Notes: generated from the letters alone by a model not told the origin. Shown: positions 13,111 through 26,333, counted from the first letter of the stretch. The stretch is 59,592 bases of DNA from Octopus bimaculoides (GCF_001194135.2 NC_069001.1:26911813-26971404), one strand, 5' to 3'. Program-made: numbers and translations.

Positions 13111-13611
13111 TTTTGTGTTCCTATTTCTGTATATATGATTTTATTAGCCTTCTGTCTTTTTCTGTCCTTTCCCTATCATTCCTATTGATATACCTTTTCC
13201 AAACATTGTATCATACACTCACATGCACCACACTACACTCACACTCACGAATGCACATATGAACACATATATCATGTATGCCCATACAGACATGCACACA
13301 CGTATATGCACATCCGCATGGACCTAGCGATGACCAAACAGTTAAAGTTTACTGCACAATTATGAGGAAACAGATTCGATTGCAAAATGCATTTCTGTAA
13401 GCAAGAGAGTTCTACCATTGAACCAGATTGATCGAAGTGTTGCATATCATGTTGCGTGTGCCTCTCGATTTGGTTATAAATATAATACAATTAGTGCAAA
13501 TTTCTGTTGATCTACAATACCCAAACCTGAAACTTGAACGAAACTCATTTATATACGTTACTAGAAAATTGAAGATTCTCTATAACTATAGGTTAATGAT
13601 GTAATTATACT

Positions 13612-13655
<44 letters not shown>

Positions 13656-14163
13656 NNNNNNNNNNNNNNNNNNNNNNNNNNNNNNNNNNNNNNNNNNNNN
13701 NNNNNNNNNNNNNNNNNNNNNNNNNNNNNNNNNNNNNNNNNNNNNNNNNNNNNNNNNNNNNNNNNNNNNNNNNNNNNNNNNNNNNNNNNNNNNNNNNNNN
13801 NNNNNNNNNNNNNNNNNNNNNNNNNNNNNNNNNNNNNNNNNNNNNNNNNNNNNNNNNNNNNNNNNNNNNNNNNNNNNNNNNNNNNNNNNNNNNNNNNNNN
13901 NNNNNNNNNNNNNNNNNNNNNNNNNNNNTATATATATATATATGCTGATCCATCTCTTGTTTATATTCGTTGATGATTTCTATATTTGTTTATTTATCTG
14001 AGTACCATACGCGTTTGGGTGTCTATAAAACAACTAACGTTGAGGCACTTAAATGTGACCCTCCTAAAAGATTCCCTGTTACCCTGTAATCGAAACTAGC
14101 TTACAAATATCAGTAAATTAAATTACGCTTTTATTATTATTATTATTATTTTCATCATCATCA

Positions 14164-14816
14164 AAGGCGTCGAGCTGGTAGAATCGTTAGCACGCCGGGC
14201 GAAATGCCTCGCGATAGTTCAAATTCCGCGGAGGTCGACTTTGCTCCTTCATCCTTTCGTGGACGACAAAATAAGTATCAGTTGAACACTGGGGTCGGTG
14301 TAATCAACTTAATCCTTTCTCCTAAATTTGACGCCTTGTGCTTCCACTAGAAAGGGTTGTTATTATTATTAACAAAGGCGGTGAGCTGGCAGAAGCATTA
14401 GCATGCCAGGCGAAATGCTCAGCTTTATTTCATCTGCCTCTCGGTTCTGAGTTCAAATTCCGTGGAGGTCGACTTTGCCTTTCATTCTTTCAGGGTCGAT
14501 AAATTAAGAAGTACCAGTAAAATTCTGGGGTTGACGAAATCAACTAGTCCCCTCGCCAAAATTTCAGGCGGTGCGCCTTTAGTAGAAAGAATTATTATTA
14601 TCATTATTAAAGCGGCGAGTCGTTAACACGCCGGGCAAAATACGCAGCGGCGTTTCGTCCGTCATTATATTCTTAGTTCAAATTCTGCCGAGGTCGACTC
14701 TGCCTTTCATCGTTTTGGGGTGTCGAGGAAAAAAGTACCAGTGAAGCACTGCGGACGATTTAATCGACTAGTCCGCTCCCCAAAATGTTAGGCCTTTTTC
14801 CTACTGTAGAAAGGAT
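14164..14816 (+). mobile_element. Three head-to-tail SINE family A copies (14164-14360, 14375-14590, 14609-14816)
   Basis: Each has the aggcg..gagct head, gttcaaattc B-box and ggtcgact(t/c)tgc core; copies are separated and flanked by (ATT)n. Confidence 0.9.
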
Positions 14817-15571
14817 TATCATTATTATTGCTGTCGTTGTTTTATCATTTACTTTATCGACGCCGATTACATTGCTTCTAAGAACCGTCTGTCTATTGAA
14901 TAAAAGCAATCAAACAAACAAACACACTTTGTCTATGTATTTACAATCCAATAATTTTCTTTGAGTTACATCAGTAAACAATAAAATTCGTGACGTAAGC
15001 TTAACATAATTACCTTATACAGTTACACCTACGCTATATTTATACATTTAAATGGAAATGAAAGTTAACATAATTCTAGAAAATATACATGTGTGTGTGT
15101 GTATGTATGTGTCTGTTTTGTGGTATATATATATATATATAATAAAAAAAAATTAAAAAAACTAACAAACAAGGGTAACCGATAGCATAGTTCTGCTGTC
15201 ATTATGGCGTTATACCTCTGATAATCAAATTTCCGTTAGTTTCTTTCCCAAAGTATCAAAAATATTGAACACAAACCTTTCAGAAAACAATTACAAAATA
15301 AGTGTTGTAAGTGCTTAAGCGGCTGTACTATTGGTATATAGTCGAATTTACTAATATCTACGTAATTTGTGTCTGCTCATTATTATCATAATTCTAAAGA
15401 AACGAATTCTATCAGTAATTTAGTTGAATATGGAAAACATTAAAAGCAGAAATAGAAACTAGAAACCAGAATATAGTTTTACTGTTCTTTTCCGTTTGTG
15501 TATACATGAATTAACTACATTTCAATGACCTTTTATTTATACACACAAACTATATGCCTGTGTGTGTATGT

Positions 15572-15606
<35 letters not shown>

Positions 15607-15696
15607 GCAGGCAGGCAGAGACAGAGACAGAGAGATTTAGAAAGTGTTTGTGCGCGCGTGTGTGTGCATGTGTATTTTTGCGACTACTTTGCGTAT

Positions 15697-16097
15697 CTTT
15701 TACTTGTTTCGCTCATCAGACGACGGCCATACTGCAGCAACGCCTGAGAGTGTGTTTAATCGAACAAATCACTCCCAGTACGTATTTTTAAGCCTGGTAT
15801 TTGTTCTATCGTTCTCTTTCAGTACCGCTATGTTACAGGACGTAAATAAACCAGCATCAGTTGTCAAGTGTTGGTGGGGGGGCCAAGAACACAGACACAA
15901 CGACTCCACACACGCACAAACATACATACATACAAACATACGACGGGATGTTTTCAGTTTCCGTCTACCGAATCCACTGACAAAGAATTGGTCGTTCCGA
16001 GGGCATAGTAGTAAACACTTTCTCAAGTTACCAAGCAGTGGAACTGAGTCTGGGCCTACGCAATTGGGAATCAAAATTCCTTAGCACACAGTCACGC
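15697..16097 (-). mobile_element. SINE family B, full length, diverged
   Basis: cttttacttgtttc tail, ttctatcg..accgcta, ttcagtttccgtctaccgaatccact, ggaactgagtctggg..cacacagtcac head. Confidence 0.85.
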
Positions 16098-16644
16098 TTG
16101 GTTGACATTCTTGAAGTAATTTATATATTTTATGAAAGTTCTGAGCAATCGTGAGAAACAGATTGGGACAGAAAAAATATCAAATTTACTGATGAGGTTT
16201 TACGTTCCATTTCAAGAGTGAATCTCCCTTATGACCATAATGCAGTGAATGAAAGAAGAGAAACGGAGTGTATGATACACTGTGTAGTTTTAAAAACATA
16301 TTTGCTTTACCCGGAAACTGTGAGCAAACCGTTTATTTGAACAAAATATCAAACTTAAGATTATAGTTGAAACTGGATATATGAAACACCACTTGTAATT
16401 TTAAAAACATATTCCTATCGCTAGGAGACTGAGTTAACATTTCATGTGAACTAAATAATAATGAAATTTAGTACATACATACTAAAAGGAATTGTGACTA
16501 AGCGTTCTGTTAGTTTTCTTTGTACAGTTATGTCTAAATTACTCACTTGTATGCAAAGGCGTTTACATATATGTGTTTTCCTGTGTGCGTGAATGATGTG
16601 CGAATCTATTTTTATGTATTTGCAATATGTTAGAAAGGTTTAGA

Positions 16645-16815
16645 GCTGTGAGCTGGCAGAATGGCTGGTACAAAATACTCTGCGGCATTTCATCCTCCTT
16701 TACGTGGAGAGCCCAAATTCAGCCGAGCTAAACTTTGCCTTGCAGCCTATATGGGTAGATAAAATATATACCATTTGAGTACCCGAATTTGCTGGCCTTG
16801 TGCCAAAATTTGAAG
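16645..16815 (+). mobile_element. Degenerate SINE family A
   Basis: gctgtgagctggcagaa..gcggcatttc..caaattcagccgag..actttgcc..ggccttgtgccaaaatttgaa. Confidence 0.75.
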
Positions 16816-17788
16816 GCAATATCTGCAAGGGTGGTATGTACAGATAAATTCATAATATAGCATTAGTACGTAATTTGTTTTAAAGATAGGAAAGACTCTA
16901 GAAAAATTAAACTCCACCAACGCTTTCTGCGTCGAATGTAGCACTGCAAAAGTCACAACAAAACAACCGCGGGAGAATCAATGTGCGTAGTCAACCTGCT
17001 AGAAATAACAGCGAAACATGTTTGTAATGCCACCTCTGCATTTTGAAACTAAGTAAACATTGAGAATATTGAACTTACTAAATATAAACACGTCTAAGAC
17101 TAGCCTGATAAGTACACAACCATCAGTAGCAAAAATCCACTTGAAGACTAACGAAGGGAGGCATGTAAAACAACACTCTTGTCTTGATGTGAACATATGG
17201 CGTCATTGTTCAACAACCGACCGCTTCGGTTTGTTTTGCAATGTCTTGCGCACAAACAGACATACACAGACACACATACGCACACAAAATTACATACAAA
17301 TATACACGCACAAACGCATAGGTACGCCCCCCTACGCCCCCCATATATATATGCTTCTATATATATTTGCCTAAATGTGTGTGCGCAAGTGTGTATATAC
17401 CTGTTTATTTATTTGTGTGTGCTTGTGTGTGTGTGCTTGTGTGTGTGAACGTATATACATATATGTGTGCCTGTGTATACATATATATATATATATATAT
17501 ATATAGGTAAACCTTAAATCTGTTTCTCAAGAGTACACTGACAATTGAAATACAAACCACGCCTTAACGGCTATAGTGTTAAATACTTGAAGTACATTAC
17601 CATATCAAATAATGAAAGCAAGTCTGCTAAGCTTAATATATGGTACAGAACAGAGGATATGTATTTTCACCACGCCCGACATTAAAGAATATTATACACA
17701 GCCATTGTCGTGTGTCTTGATAACCTATATTGATCCAAAACTATTTTCAAAATGCTTCTCGATCATGAAGTAATAACAACATCAATAA

Positions 17789-17828
<40 letters not shown>

Positions 17829-17920
17829 CTGTGGCGGTGTTGTATTAATAATAATAATAATTATAATAATAATAATAACGATGATGATAATAATAATAAA
17901 AATGATAATAATAATAGTAA
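17789..17920. repeat. (GTA)n then (ATA)n microsatellites
   Basis: Seen directly. Confidence 0.9.
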
Positions 17921-18866
17921 AAACGTACATTAGTTTCTAAACAGCTAACATTATTAAATACACACACAATTATGAAGGACATGAAAAAAAAATGCACATA
18001 AATGAATAGATCTATATGAAACATATACAATTTTTGAATGTGCAAAGAAATCGATCGAAATAAAAATCAATATTATATGATGGAAAGATTTAGATTTTGG
18101 AGCAAATGTATGAATAAGTAATATTACTTCCTGCTCTTCAGTTCACTCTCTCCCTCCCTACCTCTTCCCACTCTCTCTCGCTCGTTTTCTTCCTGTGTGT
18201 GTTATTCCTCTATCTCCATATAGCTAAGTGGCAGACACTTGGGCGTGTGGTTAAGAAGTTTACCAGACAATCATTTCTGGTTCGATTTTATTGCATAGCT
18301 TTTAAACAAACTGTCTTCAGCTTAGTTCCAGTCACGCCCAATATTTTAAAATAAAATCAGTAAGCAATATCTTTAGCGAGGCCGGTTATATGAACAGCTT
18401 CTCGTAGAATTTATGTTGCTACAGCTAATATTTGCGTGGCTTTGCCCCCCTCTATACTGCTTACTTCTAGTTTTCCATCCGACAGTCTTAAACTCCACGC
18501 AGTATTGTTATAGTCATAATCGTTTTTCTAGGACATAACATAAAAGCCAATTCTTGTATACCATACGTATGTTTCTGGCCACAAGTTTTAAAATGATACA
18601 CGTCTGACTCAGATATGTTTATTGATCTAATGTTAGTTGTTGCTTTCTTTGCTGCTTTTCTGCTTCGCCACAGTTTTTCCTGTCCTAATCATTCCTTTAT
18701 TTATTTATTTATTTATTTCGTATGTGTATTTCGTGTGCAAGATTCTTGATGTGGATACGTGTGTTGAAAGAAATACAATTAAACCTTGGGAGAGGCATTA
18801 TGCCGGTAATAAACACACGCACTGGTTCAGTCCTTTATTAATTTATAAACAATATATAGTTTTTTT

Positions 18867-18907
18867 GTTAAATAATTTCATTGCACTCCTGCAATCTCTT
18901 CAGTAAC
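18867..18907 (-). ncRNA. Candidate minimal type I hammerhead ribozyme (left-arm copy)
   Basis: Minus strand: GTTA CTGAAGA G ATTGCA GGAG TGCAAT GAAA T T A TT TAAC = helix I, core, helix II, GAAA, short helix III, AUU site, helix I. Confidence 0.6.
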
Positions 18908-19015
18908 TTGTCTCTCCAGACTTTTTTTCTTTATAAAACTACCTATTTGATAAATATAAACGACACACAGTTGCGTTCGATATATATTTCAAAATAAATA
19001 GAAGTGGAGAGACAA

Positions 19016-19056
19016 GTTACTGAAGAGATTGCAAGAGTGCAATGAAATTATTTAAC
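19016..19056 (+). ncRNA. Candidate minimal type I hammerhead ribozyme (right-arm copy)
   Basis: GTTA CTGAAGA G ATTGCA AGAG TGCAAT GAAA T T A TT TAAC; differs from the left copy only in loop II. Confidence 0.6.
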
Positions 19057-19334
19057 AAAAAACTATATACTGTTTATAAATTAATAAAGGACTGAACCAG
19101 TGCGTGTGTTTATTACCGGCATAATGCCTCTCCCAAGGTTTAATTGTATTTATTTATTCATTTACTGTTACCGTCTACTGAGATTCTGAGTTTTGGTGGG
19201 TATTTTTTTATGTGAAATATGATTTTTCTTTGAATCTGAGTTCAAAATCTCGCAATATGGAGGCAGACTTTTTTTTTTTTATAAAACTACCTATTTGATA
19301 GATATACGCGACACACAGTTGCGTTCGATATATA

Positions 19335-19440
19335 TATATAATTTAGAGAAAAGAACCAAAAGTTCATGAACTCATCCATGAAAATCCACAGTCACATTGA
19401 TGAGTTCATGAACTTTGGTTCTTTTCTCTAAATTATATAT
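19335..19440. repeat. Second inverted repeat, ~42-bp arms (19335-19376, 19399-19440)
   Basis: atatataatttagagaaaagaaccaaaagttcatgaactcatc versus gatgagttcatgaactttggttcttttctctaaattatatat; one 1-bp indel. Confidence 0.92.
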
Positions 19441-22400
19441 TTATATATTATATACTGTGAAATTTAATTCAATTTTAATTTTTGATAAATTGAATTTGAG
19501 TTTTTACCTGTAAATTTGGATTTTTATCCCTAATATGTGTATATATATATATAGTGTAGAAAATCAATAAACAGGTATTCGAATTCACATTCATATTCAT
19601 TAAGTCACAGTATTAATTCAAGTCAAGCTCTATCTGTGTAACCAAAATGTGACGCTTCGAACCATATCTACGCCCCAAATTACCGAAGGGTTAATGTGGG
19701 CATGATTCGCAACGAACGTACATAGGGAACAACAAAAGCTCGAATATTTATTCGAGCAGCAAAAACGAATAAAATCCGCATCTGGGATGAGGATATCACG
19801 TTACCAGACTAGACACTATATTAAGTGCTATAGTCTAGTATAATCACTGGATGTAATTATCCACATCTTTCGTCAAAAGATTTAGTCAATTTAACTACGA
19901 TGATTGAATATGTATTTTGTTCTATTTAAAATGTACATGAATAATGAGCTCACTCTTTTCTAGAAAATTCTCGGGGAAAATTAACCTTAATCTATTGAAA
20001 TCATTGTAATCTAGAGTACAAAAGGTTAACAGAAATGTACATTTATAATTATTTTAAGCGTAATAATTTTTAATGTGTGTATTTCGAAGAGTAATAGGCC
20101 ACCTCTTTTATTATCATTATTTCCCTTTTATTTCTTTTATTTTTCATTTTCTTCAATCGTTTGACCTGGGACATGATTGGTTGTACATTTAATATTATAC
20201 ACCATTTGAATTTAATTTTAAACAGTATATGACTAAATTTGTATAATCCCATTTGGTGTGTAATTGAATTTGTTGGCAACAAAGTAAACTAATAAAATGC
20301 AAAAAGATAAAAAAATAATATAAATGAAATTTCTAAAGGAAACTTATGCATACTGCAATAGAATGAAAAAAAAAACAAACGGGGGAAGTAAACAATAAAG
20401 AGAGAAAGAGATAGAAATAAAAGATAAGAAAAGAAGGCAAACAGAAGGTTTGTTCGTTTCTCTTTACATGATTTTTTAAAGTCATTTATTTTATTTTCAT
20501 ATTTACTTCAACCGCAGAAACTTTACATAAAATTGGAAATTATTCATCCGTATAGGAATTAAATGGTTCAAAGCAATATCAAAGTTTTATTTGAAAGAAA
20601 CACATTGATGATATATCTATCGTGGATGTGTTGTTTTGGAAATCTTTCATGATCATGAGACATTATACATACACTGGCATTATAAATGATTTGAGGAGAT
20701 ATATAAAGATACAATAAGATGGAGTTTGCAAGAAAGGTGACTGGAAAGAAGATAGACAGTGAGATAAAGAGGAAAATTGAGAGACACAATAGGGGTTACA
20801 TATTTGCTTGTTGTCCTTATATATTCTACACAGAACAAGGCATAATTATATTATTACACTGAACAATGTTACATTATTTATATTAAATAAAAAAAAAACA
20901 AGCATAAGACGCTAATGAGCATGACAATTACGTTAGAAATAACTATATTCATTATCATTATGCTATGTGATATACAATAAAAGGGAATATATATATATAT
21001 ATATATATATATANNNNNNNNNNNNNNNNNNNNNNNNNNNNNNNNNNNNNNNNNNNNNNNNNNNNNNNTATATATACACACACATTCGCTCTTCGAGATT
21101 ATTCATAATCATGACTATATTATGTAATACTAACAGGGAATATATGCATGTATGCATTCATGTTTTCAAGTGTGAATGAGTGTAATATATTCAAACCATG
21201 ATGATATTATTCGCGCACATATCCATCCACATACGCTTGTCTCCATATATATTTATGTGTATGTATGTATATGTATATATATATATAGAGAGAGATATAT
21301 AAATAGACATAGATGTATAGTCTTCAATAACTGTTCAATATGTTTCATTTTTTTTTACTTTTTACTAATGTTTTAAACATTAAGCAGACAAAGTCAACGA
21401 ATTCTAATTTGATGTAATATATTAATTAGATTCGTTGAATCTAATTTCTTCCTCACCTTTGATAGGTACAGTTTGTCTACTGATCTTTATATAAGTAGAA
21501 TCACGAAAACTATTCTCTTGATAGTTGCATTAGTACTAAACAGAGACAATGGACAGAATTATGATTGAAATATTCCAAACATGATCGTCTTTTTTCTCCA
21601 TTTTATTTTCTTGCTTTGATGTGCATTTAGATTAACAGTATATATTATCATCCTCTTTTTCTAAGTCAAGGCATGCGAGATTGATGACTGCTCTTAATGA
21701 CTGGTTGATGTATGACATAGAATATCTATCGTTGTCTCGATTTGTGTCTACAGATAAAAAAAAAATGTATTTAGTCATTAGTGTTTTCGATGTTTACGAA
21801 AAGACTAACTGTGCGAGGCAAAATAAATAAATAAGTCTGTGGCAGCTGTATTTGTAGCTTACAGAGTGCGATAATTTCCGCAGGAGTAAATATTAAAGCA
21901 CTAAGCATGATGGTGCCGGAATGAGCGAAGATGCAAAAATTAGCGGCAAGTATGATAATTCTAGTTTGATACTTGTCATTTAATGAAAACTTGATAACTT
22001 TAAAGATGATATTGCAAGTTCGGGAGAGCAGAAACATTAGATATGTGCATTTTTTTAAATTTTTCCTTTGTATTATTGCCGGGCACGCCTATATTCTGAA
22101 CTCAAAACCCATAGAGGTCAACTTAGTCATTCTATCTCTTACGCTTTCAATGGAAGAAATGCATGAATACAAATATAAATACGAGCTACTAGACAGGCCA
22201 TCCCCATGATGATAGATCGCTCAGTGACACAGTAAAACATCAATAACTTCAAAGATGCTCCATGGTGGACTCTAACAGAAAGTCTTCCGAAACTGGAGGA
22301 GTGATATTTCTCAATTGCTTTTGTTTCTAGTTCGGCCAGGTGCTTAATATGCTTGTTTGTCGTTCACGTGGTTCTGTGTTCGATCCTACAGCACGGTTAC

Positions 22401-23018
22401 TTTCAGTGTCCTCATTGATGACAATCTGGACAACACATGACTAGTGGATAAAATCATTTGGATGGCGATCAAGTGTACACCAGTACTTAAGAGGTTGTAT
22501 ACCTCTTTTGGGGTGCTAAACATAGCTCCACATCGGTCAGAAAAGAACCAGGTATCTGTGGAAGTATTTCCTAATATTCTCCCCCTTACAATATGGCAAA
22601 CAATGTCTTCAGATTTCGGATAAACTATGCACGTTTCTATGTATACAACTCCCTCTTCTTTCCTTCTCTTTCTTGTTCTCCTTCTCTCAACATGTGTGCG
22701 TGTGTGTGCATGTATGTGTGTGTGTTTGTATGTGTGCGCGCCTGCGTGTTCCCTTAAATGTCTCAGTATTCCTTTCTCTGTTTATATTTATAGACTTTAA
22801 TCAGTGAAGTTTACATCTGAGGTTGAATAACTTAGAATACCTACATATCCATTCAGTGTTATCATAGACAGCAATGACAACATGTAGAATTTATGTCAAA
22901 AACAGTTGTATAAGTTTATATAACTGATTTAGTTACTACTGACTGAGATTGAGCCGAGGCATTCGTGGGTAATTCCAACACAAGCTTTCAATTCGTTATG
23001 TAGTTTATCGTGTTTGTG

Positions 23019-23075
<57 letters not shown>

Positions 23076-23099
23076 ATATATGTATATATATTGTTATCA

Positions 23100-23310
23100 A
23101 TGCAATTGTGGGTTTGCAATATCAAGAAATGTTCCGAAAAAATATACAATATGGAAACCCACACTTGCGCAGGTGGAGTAGACCTCGGATAAAATATGGC
23201 CTGACATTTCGTTATGTCCTTCCATCTCACACGTTTAGTTTTTTCGTAAAAACGAATGCTTAAGATGTGTGGAAATATACTTATTTCTTTGTATTTCAAA
23301 AAAAGGGAGA
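23100..23310 (+). repeat. Unclassified ~210-bp sequence, copy 1 of an inverted pair
   Basis: About 85% identical by eye to the reverse complement of 27250-27452 (e.g. ggagtagacctcggataaaatatgg.ctgacatttcgttatg). Confidence 0.9.
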
Positions 23311-23314
23311 CTGT

Positions 23315-23459
23315 AGTTCGCGGAGGCGACAGCGACGGGTGGAAGAAAAGGAAAGAGGGGGCGGCGGCACGGAGAGCAGGGAGGAAGGCATCGGTCCGCT
23401 GCGAACGGCGTCTCGACCATCCTGTTTCAACGTGTCGTCGTCCTCCTGGTCAACCTCCT

Positions 23460-23460
<1 letters not shown>
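23315..23460. promoter_or_regulatory. GC/CpG-rich non-repetitive island followed by (CT)n; possible promoter or 5'UTR
   Basis: Dense CpG in an otherwise AT-rich window. Function is inferred only; no TSS motif is demonstrated. Confidence 0.3.
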
Positions 23461-23502
<42 letters not shown>

Positions 23503-24559
23503 CACCGATGTATGTATTTATATGTACAATATATACGCGCTTGCATGAGTGGGTGTGTATGTACACGTATTGACGTGAGAACACACGCTCCCACATACAT
23601 GCACTTGTACACGAACTTATCTAGTTGCTATAATTTTTCATTCCACTATTGTTAACATGAATATACTAACCCTAACTAGAATACAAATATATTCATTTTA
23701 CTTCGTAACTGAAAAAGAGACACATATTTCTACATATACCAAGATTTTGCTGATAATTATCATTCACCGCAGACACTATTCAAGTTTCTTCCACATTTTG
23801 CATCAGAAAATATGAAATACGTATTGTAAAATCCCTAAGACCTTTTGACAAAGAGCTTTCTCTCTTATTAGCTTCGGGATCTTCTACGATAAAGAGCATG
23901 GACATTTCTTTTAAATCGCGCACACCCAACAGCTTTACATAATCAGAGAACACACAACGTAATATTCTTAGCCATAGATAACCTTAAAGAAACTGGAAGG
24001 TCATGACTGCAATGCGTTTCATTATAAATGTTCTCGAAATGAGTTGACCTGGGGTTAAAGAACAACGACAGCTCGCTTCATAAATGCATCGTAGAGCTAT
24101 TTCGTTTATTGTAAGTGTTATTCTATTCATTATATCGTAGGACTGTTAGGTACTTTAGTAAATAAAGCATATTCTTAAGCAAGCTCTATTGATAACAGAG
24201 TTTAAATCTAGAACTGCAACATAATCAAACTATCTTCCACAATATATAACAACGAACTCGCCATTAAATCATATATTCATTGTCTTCAACAAGTTACAGA
24301 AATAACCCCATTACACAATGCAGTCGGTCGTATACAGCACTCGAGACAGTCACAGCTGGAAACTTATTGATCATATGTCTACTCGATCAGGGATGACTTA
24401 GGGTTAAACAGTAACAGCAATTGTTGTCAGCCATACATTGCTGGAACATATTTCCCATTAGGTCTTTAGAATCCGTTAGACTAAACTACAGAGATTCCTT
24501 GTATGTTGACTGCATTGGCGACTGGATGCGAATCTTCAATTCTTTGGATTTAATTCCTT

Positions 24560-24873
24560 TATTCTTTCACTTGTTTCACTCAGTCGACAGCGCTCATGCC
24601 GGAGCAGCGCCCTCTAGGATTTAGTCGATCAAATCGACCCCAGTTCGTACTTCTGTCAAGACAAGCACATACTCTAAAGTTGTTGCTGGGTTGTTGTTTT
24701 GTTGTTTGTTTTTTTTCGAGTTTGCAAATAAGCGTATCATAAACATACAAAAACTCCGGCTGTGAAGCATTGGGAGAAAACACAAAAACACGCTCACACA
24801 CACACGCATATACATATATACATACCTACGTACACACACGCGAATACGCACACATGCTCTCTGTCGTTGTGTG

Positions 24874-24932
<59 letters not shown>

Positions 24933-25095
24933 CACAGGCACACACACTCAACAGACTTGCGCCAACCAAATTCAATCGGAGGACAATGGTCGGCCGAGAT
25001 CCACAATCGAAACTTCTCCAGCCAGAACCTCAACGGGACTGAGCCAGAAACCGCATGGTTGCAAAGCAGAAATTCTTAACGACAAAGTCTTAACC
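24560..25095 (-). mobile_element. Diverged SINE family B with expanded internal (CA)n/(CT)n
   Basis: Tail tttcacttgtttca..ggagcagcgcc..tagtcgatcaaatcgacccca; head-side gggactgagccagaaaccgcatggttg. Confidence 0.7.
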
Positions 25096-26292
25096 GCGTC
25101 GATGTAAGTCAGCCTTTAATTAACTTCGCCCCAGCATACACAAATATTTATTTGTTATGTAACAGTGAAGATTGTACAATATAACGTTTGATCAATGTCT
25201 TTCCTGTCATCATCCTCTTGCCCTTTTTAAACACCGAGGACTATGTTAGCCACTGCATATTTCAGTTGTTTCTCCCAATACCTTCCTTTCTTTAAGCAAT
25301 AAGCTGCTATTTGAGCAGAGACCGAATGTTATTTCTAGCAGGCCAGGCTAACACATAAGATCTCTATCGAACTGCGACATATACTCAAATGTTAAACAAT
25401 ACTGTGTTATTTGAAAAGTATATGGCTGCAATTTGTAATATATATCGAACTACCACAATACCGTTGTCTCATGTTGTGAAAAGTACTGAAGTATTGCTTT
25501 TAATAATTTCTATTTCTGGTGTGTCCTTAATATTTTGTGCATTATTGTACTACGTTAAATATGCCACATGAATTATGCATTTCTTATTTAAAAAATTATC
25601 TAAACGATCCTCAAAAAAAGTAAAAACATAACATTCAAACAAACTCGTATGCAAATATTCAACATTCTATTGAATATTTCCCGGACTTCGACTTTAAACA
25701 TGCAATGCATGTTTGAAGTAAAGATTCTCTTATCGACTTTCATTTTATTTTCGTCCGCTGAAGAACGTCCTGCTCAATATTATTGAATTTTATTTTCTTC
25801 CGCTCAGGGAATTTTAGATTTCTATGGGAAAACAAATCTTTAAATGATTTTTAGCGGTTCGCATTTCAATTTCTCACTATGTAAATTTGTAATATTCTTC
25901 TTAGTGTTCGTAACAAAACGCCTCAGGGAATAAGTCAAATCCATCCAGTAATGTTTTTTAGATCTTTTCACAAGCAAATAATTACTGATGTTTTCTTCTC
26001 TATATAACAGAAGAAAAAATAAATGAATAAACAATATGATAGTAATAGTAATAATAAATAAAATAAAATAGAAACGATTGCTTCTCTTTGCCAAACGAGC
26101 ATAATTTTAAAACCGCATGCATATATGCATGTGTTAACGCATACACTTACGTAAACGCATTAATTTGAAAACACGTATGCAAATAGGGAATACACCGACT
26201 GAGAAAAACACCCACACACACAGATGCACAAATATATAAATGCACATATCCATACATACATACATACACCACATACACCACATACATACATT

Positions 26293-26333
<41 letters not shown>

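Larger units (their letters stand above)
18771..19151. repeat. Near-perfect inverted repeat: arms 18771-18918 and 19005-19151, 86-bp spacer
   Basis: Arms are reverse complements with two substitutions and one 1-bp indel in a T run (about 98%). Confidence 0.95.

Noticed and set aside
14078-14100. taccctgtaatcgaaact, miR-10-like seed
   Set aside because: Only the first 9 nt match and no complementary arm forms a precursor hairpin.
15700-15725. Minus-strand CTGATGAGCGAAACAAGTA
   Set aside because: Only two bases lie between the core and GAAA, so there is no helix II; it is a mutated SINE B tail (gtcaaatgactgaaacaagta).
23030-23263. Apparently conserved peptide RPRIKYGLTFRY shared with ORF 27237-27452
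   Set aside because: Expected from ~85% DNA identity; a 1-bp indel shifts the frame between the copies.
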